Below, one piece after another: positions 58,770-64,000 of a stretch of DNA of 64,000 bases (the stretch's first letter is position 1; each line of letters begins with the position of its first letter). Both the position numbers and the translations under genes were made by a program. The notes below the pieces were generated by a model that saw only the letters and a program-made list of their open reading frames with translations, had not been told where the DNA came from and did no database searches. The stretch comes from an uncultured Ectothiorhodospiraceae bacterium (GTDB lineage Bacteria > Pseudomonadota > Gammaproteobacteria > S012-40): the NCBI GenBank assembly GCA_964636675.1, contig CAZWUO010000001.1, positions 639 through 64,638 on the forward strand, in the 5' to 3' direction.

Positions 58770-59276
58770 TTAATTGCTGGCCTGGTTTTCCCAGATTTCA
58801 TCTTCGATAGAACCCTCTTCTTGAGTCCAAACTAGACTTGCAATGATTTTGAATTTGGCCAGCGACATCGCACCGCGTTTGTTGCGCTTGTTATGTTGCA
58901 GTTTATCAGATTCATCAAGGATAATGTCTTTATCGCATTCATATATTTCAACAGGATCATAATTTTCGTCCATAATGACTAAAACGACGGAATCCCATTC
59001 TTGCTCTAGCTTGAGTTGGCCAATCCGCTGTCCGGATTTTTTTTCATCAAAGACGGCGCGTCCCTTAATTTGTACCCGTTTTCCTTCGCGTGTGCCCCGG
59101 CCAATGGCGTCATAGGCGCCCGTTTTTTCACGGCATAACTCGAGATTGAGTAATTTGGCAGCATCAAACTCGGCTATTTCGCTACTGATACCCAAAGGCT
59201 TTCCCGTCGCCTTGCGGTATTCAGCCGCTAATCGACGTGCTTCAGCGACAAGTTTTTCGGTAGAATATACGCTCAT
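58770..59276 (-). CDS. Hypothetical protein (168 aa), first gene of the yoaA-tsaB transcription unit
   Basis: 12-nt gap to yoaA. Weak D...(Q/E)xK pattern (AYDAIGRG...VQIKGR), possibly nuclease-like. Unassigned. Confidence 0.5.
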   Translation of the reverse strand: MSVYSTEKLVAEARRLAAEYRKATGKPLGISSEIAEFDAAKLLNLELCREKTGAYDAIGRGTREGKRVQIKGRAVFDEKKSGQRIGQLKLEQEWDSVVLVIMDENYDPVEIYECDKDIILDESDKLQHNKRNKRGAMSLAKFKIIASLVWTQEEGSIEDEIWENQASN

Positions 59277-59656
59277 GATGCGTTGCTTAGAACCCGATTA
59301 AAATTAAACTTAACTATATTAACGTACTTAACGCCACAAAACCTAAACCGATGCGTGAGACTGGCTAAGTTAAGTTTCATATTATCAACTAATAAATAAG
59401 CAAAAACAATCTATTACAAGATATATAAAAAGTGAAAACTAGTATAAAGAATTTCCTGATTTGCCTTCTTATATAGGCAGCCCATGATAAAACAATGGGA
59501 AAAATATGATTTTATAACGGCGATAAGCCAAGGAAATCTTTTTTCGGTGGAATCGGATTTACTGCAACGTCTCATTTTACGATTAATAAAGGGAACCAGA
59601 GAAATTTGTTCTTATTTAGACGAGGCTAGAAAAAAACGATAATAATTGGAACGGTA

Positions 59657-60448
59657 TTAGACAAGCTGGTCTATACTATTTTTTCGATTATTTTCAGTGG
59701 GCTTGTCTGTATAATCCGCGACTTTTGTATAGGCTTCGGAAGCGGGTTGGGATTCTCGGTTGTCGGCTGTAATTTGCTGCTCTTCTATTGCCTGAGTATT
59801 TTCTCGAGTTGCTGCTTTAGTCAGTAAATCCGGCGATGTTTCTTTGCTTGATTCTAAGCGCTCCGTGCTTAGCTCTTGTTGCGCCGTTGCTATTAATTGT
59901 ACTGCTGATGCGGCTACAGATTGGTCTTGCGATGAAGGCTCTGCGGGGGCAAGAGCAGATGCTTTAATTTGTCTGGCTTTTCTTAGCGTCGCTTCTGGGT
60001 CACCTGGAATGGGTGCAGTGTCAATTTTTACTTCACCACCAACCGCGTAGGATTTACCATTTGGGCCTTGCTTAAATGTATAACTAGGGCCGCCTTGAGC
60101 ATACGGACCTGCCGCTGCAAGATGGGCCGCTTCGTGGTTGCGAACTTCTCTATCTCGAATACTTAATTCTTTAATTTCTCGTATTTTTTCTTCTGGTAAT
60201 TCACTGCTTGCTTTATCTGAATCTGACCTTAGCGCTTCCTGGGCATTTTTCTGGGTGATATTTTGTTCTTTAGCGGTGTTTTGATCGCTGGATTGCAAGC
60301 CATTGTTTTGTTGCTGTGTAGATTCTACTGGCTTATTCACACTACTGACTAAATTATATTGCTCAACCTGTTGTTGAGAATTACTTGTTATGCCTAAGTT
60401 TTGCTGATTAGCATATAAATGGTTTGAAGATATTTCGCCGATTGCCAT
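59657..60448 (-). CDS. Gln/Ser-rich hypothetical protein with a HEAAH (HExxH) zinc-metallopeptidase-like motif
   Basis: 263 aa. Low-complexity Q/S/N-rich flanks. Central conserved block REVRNHEAAHLAAAGPYAQGGPSYTFKQGPNGKSYAVGGEV. Confidence 0.55.
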   Translation of the reverse strand: MAIGEISSNHLYANQQNLGITSNSQQQVEQYNLVSSVNKPVESTQQQNNGLQSSDQNTAKEQNITQKNAQEALRSDSDKASSELPEEKIREIKELSIRDREVRNHEAAHLAAAGPYAQGGPSYTFKQGPNGKSYAVGGEVKIDTAPIPGDPEATLRKARQIKASALAPAEPSSQDQSVAASAVQLIATAQQELSTERLESSKETSPDLLTKAATRENTQAIEEQQITADNRESQPASEAYTKVADYTDKPTENNRKNSIDQLV

Positions 60449-60452
60449 GTTA

Positions 60453-60731
60453 TTAAGCCATTACGTCGAGCAAAGTACCGATGAGATTTTTTTCTGTTTG
60501 AATGACTTTCGCGGCAGCTTCCACATCACGGCGGTCAGAAATGAGATTAACTAAGCCGGTGTCTAGGCCTTCACCTAAGGATTTTCCGCTGGTAGGTTGT
60601 TCTCTTTGCATTAAATCAATACCGCTGTTAACAATATCTTGTGCGTCTCTACGCACATTATCCATGCCGCGTTTTATGCCAATGAGGCCGCTCGTAAGCG
60701 CAGAATTTTGAATTTCCATGAATTTCACCAC
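60453..60731 (-). CDS. Small hypothetical protein (92 aa), probably co-transcribed with the HExxH protein gene
   Basis: 4-nt gap to the downstream gene. No confident motif. Confidence 0.45.
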   Translation of the reverse strand: MVKFMEIQNSALTSGLIGIKRGMDNVRRDAQDIVNSGIDLMQREQPTSGKSLGEGLDTGLVNLISDRRDVEAAAKVIQTEKNLIGTLLDVMA

Positions 60732-61049
60732 CTAGTACTCTCGCTAGCCATAATATCGTCTGTCAATGAGAGAAATGAATAGTGTAAGCATGAATTTTGC
60801 TAATTCATTGCTAATTAAAGTCGCTTTCTGCGAAAGAGATCACAATAAACCTGAGTTATGAATGGGTATTAAACGATTGAAGGAATCTTATTTTATTTAC
60901 CTGGTTTCATATTTGCTTTTGAAAACAAGTCACGGTTAAAGCTCAGGATTTTTTGCTCGATACTACATCATCAATACGCTGAGTCCTCGCATTAGCAACA
61001 TTGAATACGGGCAATTTGCCAACACCAATTAAAGGAATGGAGTGATTAC

Positions 61050-61958
61050 ATGACCTATACGCCGGATATGTATGTGGAGAATATTCAATGTTTAGCAGCG
61101 CTGCCCGACATTTGCTTGCAGATAGATGAATTAATAGAAAATCCTTATTCATCAGCACTCGAGATAGCCGAGCTTATTTCTCGAGATCCTGCTCTTTCCG
61201 CGCAATTATTACGTATCGCCAATAGTCCATTTTATGGCTTTCCTTCAGCAATCGACACGATTGACCGGGCCGTTGCGGTTATCGGCACACGAGATATCAA
61301 AGATCTCGTTACCTGTGTATCAATCATTAATAACAGCTCGAGCTTGCCCAGCGATTATTTTAATTTGCAAGCATTTTGGAAACACAGTGTTTTTGTAGGC
61401 ATGATAGCGAGAAATTTGGCGAAAAAAACCACAGTGAAAATTTTACATAAGGAACGTTTATTTCTTGCGGGTTTGCTGCATGATATTGGTCATCTCGTGT
61501 TCAGTAGTAAATCATCCGATTTGTTTGGCGTCATGCTTAAGCGTAACTTAATGGTAAAAAATGAAGATTTTACCATTTCTCAGAATATCATTTTTGATAT
61601 GAATTCAATGGATGTAGGAGCTGCATTATTAAAAAAATGGAAGCTTCCTGTGAGTTTTCAAAACATTGTGAAAAATAGAAATAAAGTTGCAAACACGGTG
61701 GCAGATCGATTAGAAACTGCGATTGTCCATATCGCCAATGTCGAAGCAGGCAAGGCTGGTTTATCCGGCTCCATTGTCTACGAAGACGTTTTGATTAACG
61801 TGGCTGCGCTTGAAATTACAGGCTTAGATCAATCGCAAATTAGCGAAGTTGTGGAACAAACGAGTCGTGAGTTTAAGTCTACGATAAATGCATTTGTCGC
61901 CACTCCACGAGGAGAAGAGACGAGGCTTAGAAAACAGGCACGGGTTGTTTCTACCTAA
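61050..61958 (+). CDS. HDOD-domain signalling protein
   Basis: HDOD (HD-related output domain) pattern: LLRIANSPFYGF, LLHDIGHLVF. 302 aa. Confidence 0.7.
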   Translation: MTYTPDMYVENIQCLAALPDICLQIDELIENPYSSALEIAELISRDPALSAQLLRIANSPFYGFPSAIDTIDRAVAVIGTRDIKDLVTCVSIINNSSSLPSDYFNLQAFWKHSVFVGMIARNLAKKTTVKILHKERLFLAGLLHDIGHLVFSSKSSDLFGVMLKRNLMVKNEDFTISQNIIFDMNSMDVGAALLKKWKLPVSFQNIVKNRNKVANTVADRLETAIVHIANVEAGKAGLSGSIVYEDVLINVAALEITGLDQSQISEVVEQTSREFKSTINAFVATPRGEETRLRKQARVVST

Positions 61959-62094
61959 ATGCTTAAGGTTTGTGTGATAATTATACAGTTGTGGCATATT
62001 GCGCTAATTTCTGAATTAAATAAGGTGATCACACTAGCCAACATCTGCTAGTATCAGACTTCTTTTTCCAACCCGGGAAAACAAAAATCCATTA

Positions 62095-62793
62095 TTGAAT
62101 GATAAGGAAATTCTAATGAAAAAAACGACTCTATGGGCGTTATCCGCCTTGAGCGTATTACCATTTTATGCCTTTGCAAGTGATTTAAAGTTGACGACTG
62201 ATAAAGAAAAATTAAGTTATGCCTTGGGTGTACAAATTGGTCAGGATTTCAAGCAAAGAAATTTTGATGTCAATATTGATACTTTTACGGCGGCAATTAG
62301 CGACATGCTTGCGGGCAAAGAACCGCAATTAAGCCGATCAGAAATCACAAATGTTTTTCAGAAATTACAAAAGGTGCAAATGGAAAAGCAACAAGCAGCG
62401 GGCGCTGAAAATGACAAAAAAGGCAAGGCATTCCTTGCTGCAAACAAAGACAAAAAAGGTATAGTGATTTTAGAGAGTGGAATCCAATATCAAATAATTA
62501 AAGAAGGGACGGGAAAACGTCCAACGGCAACGAATAGCGTGGTTGCGCACTATACGGGAACGTTAATTGATGGTAGTGTTTTTGATAGCTCAGTTAACCG
62601 GGGTGAGCCTGCTACTTTTCCCGTGAATGGGGTTATTAAAGGCTGGCAGGAAATTTTGCCACTGATGAAAATGGGTGCAAAATGGAAAATTTTTATTCCA
62701 TCTGCCCTGGCTTATGGGGAGCGAGGAGCGGGCGCGAATATTGGGCCGAATGAAACCCTAATTTTCGATATTGAGCTTATTGATATCAAATAA
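62095..62793 (+). CDS. mip: FKBP-type peptidyl-prolyl cis-trans isomerase of the Mip/FkpA type
   Basis: Signal peptide, a long dimerisation helix, and an FKBP domain that closely matches Legionella Mip (VVAHYTGTLIDGSVFDSS...GEPATFPVNGVIKGWQEILPLMKMGAKWKIFIPSALAYGERGAGANIGPNETLIFDIELI). Confidence 0.85.
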   Translation: MNDKEILMKKTTLWALSALSVLPFYAFASDLKLTTDKEKLSYALGVQIGQDFKQRNFDVNIDTFTAAISDMLAGKEPQLSRSEITNVFQKLQKVQMEKQQAAGAENDKKGKAFLAANKDKKGIVILESGIQYQIIKEGTGKRPTATNSVVAHYTGTLIDGSVFDSSVNRGEPATFPVNGVIKGWQEILPLMKMGAKWKIFIPSALAYGERGAGANIGPNETLIFDIELIDIK

Positions 62794-62861
62794 ATTGTTT
62801 CACTGATTTAATCAAAGGCTAGGGACTGCTTTCCCTGGCCTTTTTTTGTTTTGTACTAGTG

Positions 62862-64000
62862 ATGAATGACGCACGATCAATTTTAAAAACAACTTTTGGA
62901 TATGATGTATTTCGCCATCAGCAAGAGGAGGTTATTCAAGCCTTGCTTGGCGGCGATGATGCATTTGTATTGATGCCCACCGGTGGTGGAAAGTCTTTGT
63001 GTTATCAAATTCCCGCGCTAATGCGTCATGGTGTTGGGGTCGTTGTTTCTCCGTTAATTGCTTTGATGCAAGATCAAGTGGATACTTTGCTGCAACTCGG
63101 ATTGCGCGCTGGGTTTATTAATTCAACGCAAAATTATGCGCAGCAACAGGAAATTGAACGCCAGATTGTTGGGGGCGAGATTGATATTGTTTATATCGCG
63201 CCAGAAAGGTTATTAACGGCGCGTTGTCTGAATATTTTAGATCATTCAGCAATCGCACTTTTTGCAATAGACGAAGCACATTGTGTATCCCATTGGGGGC
63301 ATGATTTTCGAAAGGAGTATCAGAAGCTAGGCATACTACACCAACGGTTTCCCAATGTTCCGCGCATAGCGCTGACTGCAACCGCCGATAAGAGAACCCG
63401 CCAAGAAATTATTGATCAGCTTAATCTGCAACAAGCCAATATTTTCGTAAATAGTTTTGATCGCCCAAATATTCGGTACACCATTAAAGAAAGGCAAAAT
63501 AGTCGTGAAGAATTATGGCGCTTCATCCACCAGCAACATCCGCGTGATGCAGGTATTGTGTATTGCCTGTCCAGAAAAAAAGTAGAAAACGTCGCAAATT
63601 GGTTGAGTAGCAAAGGACGTATTGCGCTGCCTTATCACGCCGGGTTGTCAAACGAATTAAGGGCACACAATCAAAAACGCTTTCTTAGAGAAGAGTCGGT
63701 TATTATTGTTGCGACGATAGCATTCGGTATGGGTATCGACAAACCGAATGTGCGGTTTGTTGCACATTTAAATCTACCGAAGAGTATCGAAGCTTATTAC
63801 CAAGAGACCGGGCGTGCGGGTCGGGATGGAAGTCCAGCAAATGCATGGCTCTCGTATGGTTTGCAAGATGTCATTTTATTGCGACAAATGTTGCAAGCGA
63901 GTGATGCAGAAGCGCATTATAAACATATTTCCCAGCACAAACTTGAGACCATGCTTGGGTTTACTGAACTCACAAGCTGTCATCGAATTGCTTTGCTTGC
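62862..64000 (+). CDS. recQ: ATP-dependent DNA helicase RecQ (3'-partial, runs off the window)
   Basis: [46 protein letters not shown] box [16 protein letters not shown], helicase motifs IV-VI. No stop before base 64000. Confidence 0.9.
   Translation, partial: MNDARSILKTTFGYDVFRHQQEEVIQALLGGDDAFVLMPTGGGKSLCYQIPALMRHGVGVVVSPLIALMQDQVDTLLQLGLRAGFINSTQNYAQQQEIERQIVGGEIDIVYIAPERLLTARCLNILDHSAIALFAIDEAHCVSHWGHDFRKEYQKLGILHQRFPNVPRIALTATADKRTRQEIIDQLNLQQANIFVNSFDRPNIRYTIKERQNSREELWRFIHQQHPRDAGIVYCLSRKKVENVANWLSSKGRIALPYHAGLSNELRAHNQKRFLREESVIIVATIAFGMGIDKPNVRFVAHLNLPKSIEAYYQETGRAGRDGSPANAWLSYGLQDVILLRQMLQASDAEAHYKHISQHKLETMLGFTELTSCHRIALL

Noticed and set aside
59484-59639. 51-aa plus-strand mini-ORF (MIKQWEKYDFITAISQGNLFSV...) and a weak sigma28-like motif (aaaa-N15-gcgataa) nearby
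   Set aside because: No convincing SD, the promoter-like match is poor, and the region is more simply the promoter/5'-UTR of the minus-strand HExxH gene.
60453-60731. Small gene near flagellar regulators considered as the anti-sigma-28 factor FlgM
   Set aside because: The C-terminal region does not match the FlgM sigma-28-binding helices. Left as hypothetical.
1-64000. Searched for CRISPR arrays, rRNA/tRNA genes, integrase/transposase genes and phage genes
   Set aside because: No regularly spaced direct repeats and no RNA-gene signatures were found. No transposase or integrase ORF is in the window; the MITE-like repeats are non-autonomous.

Overview
This is an AT-rich (about 40% GC) gammaproteobacterial chromosomal window, Legionellales-like: it carries a Mip/FkpA-type PPIase, a pentapeptide-repeat protein and a FimV homologue. 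The housekeeping backbone is easily recognised. It holds prkA-yeaH-spoVR, an hpf-like gene, fliA, a divergent LysR regulator with leuC-leuD-leuB-asd, fimV, htpG with a sigma32-type promoter, and nirB-nirD-nasA with a sigma54-type promoter. It also holds tatD, lgt-thyA-folA, tsaB-yoaA, an HDOD protein, mip and a 3'-truncated recQ. The left 7.4 kb is the tail of an exopolysaccharide locus: a BY-type tyrosine autokinase, an ExeA-like ATPase with a J-like domain, and an O-antigen-ligase-like membrane protein. A HsbA/HsbR/HptB-type partner-switching phosphorelay sits at 35.7-39.5 kb.

The most interesting segment is an accessory block at 27.8-35.6 kb. It contains three tiny hydrophobic-peptide genes, each with its own strong Shine-Dalgarno site and hairpin terminator. 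These are followed by a four-gene minus-strand operon. That operon encodes a TPR plus C-terminal beta-barrel outer-membrane protein resembling Slam/DUF560 (type XI secretion) translocators. It also encodes three signal-peptide proteins. One has an N-terminal FecR-like domain and a C-terminal beta-rich domain and is not lipidated. One is a small secreted protein. One is an 840-aa PD40-propeller/HYR protein ending in an extreme Lys/His-rich tail. The block is bounded by a copy of a roughly 228-bp MITE-like repeat; four copies occur in the window, with terminal inverted repeats and 5-bp flanking duplications.

Other unusual architectures are an HPF N-domain fused to a cold-shock-like domain, a cytoplasmic NasA followed by a fused DmsB-like FeS/DmsC-like membrane subunit, and a STAND-TPR-wHTH-BTAD regulator. 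There is also a perfect CRP-type palindrome. No rRNA, tRNA or CRISPR was found.
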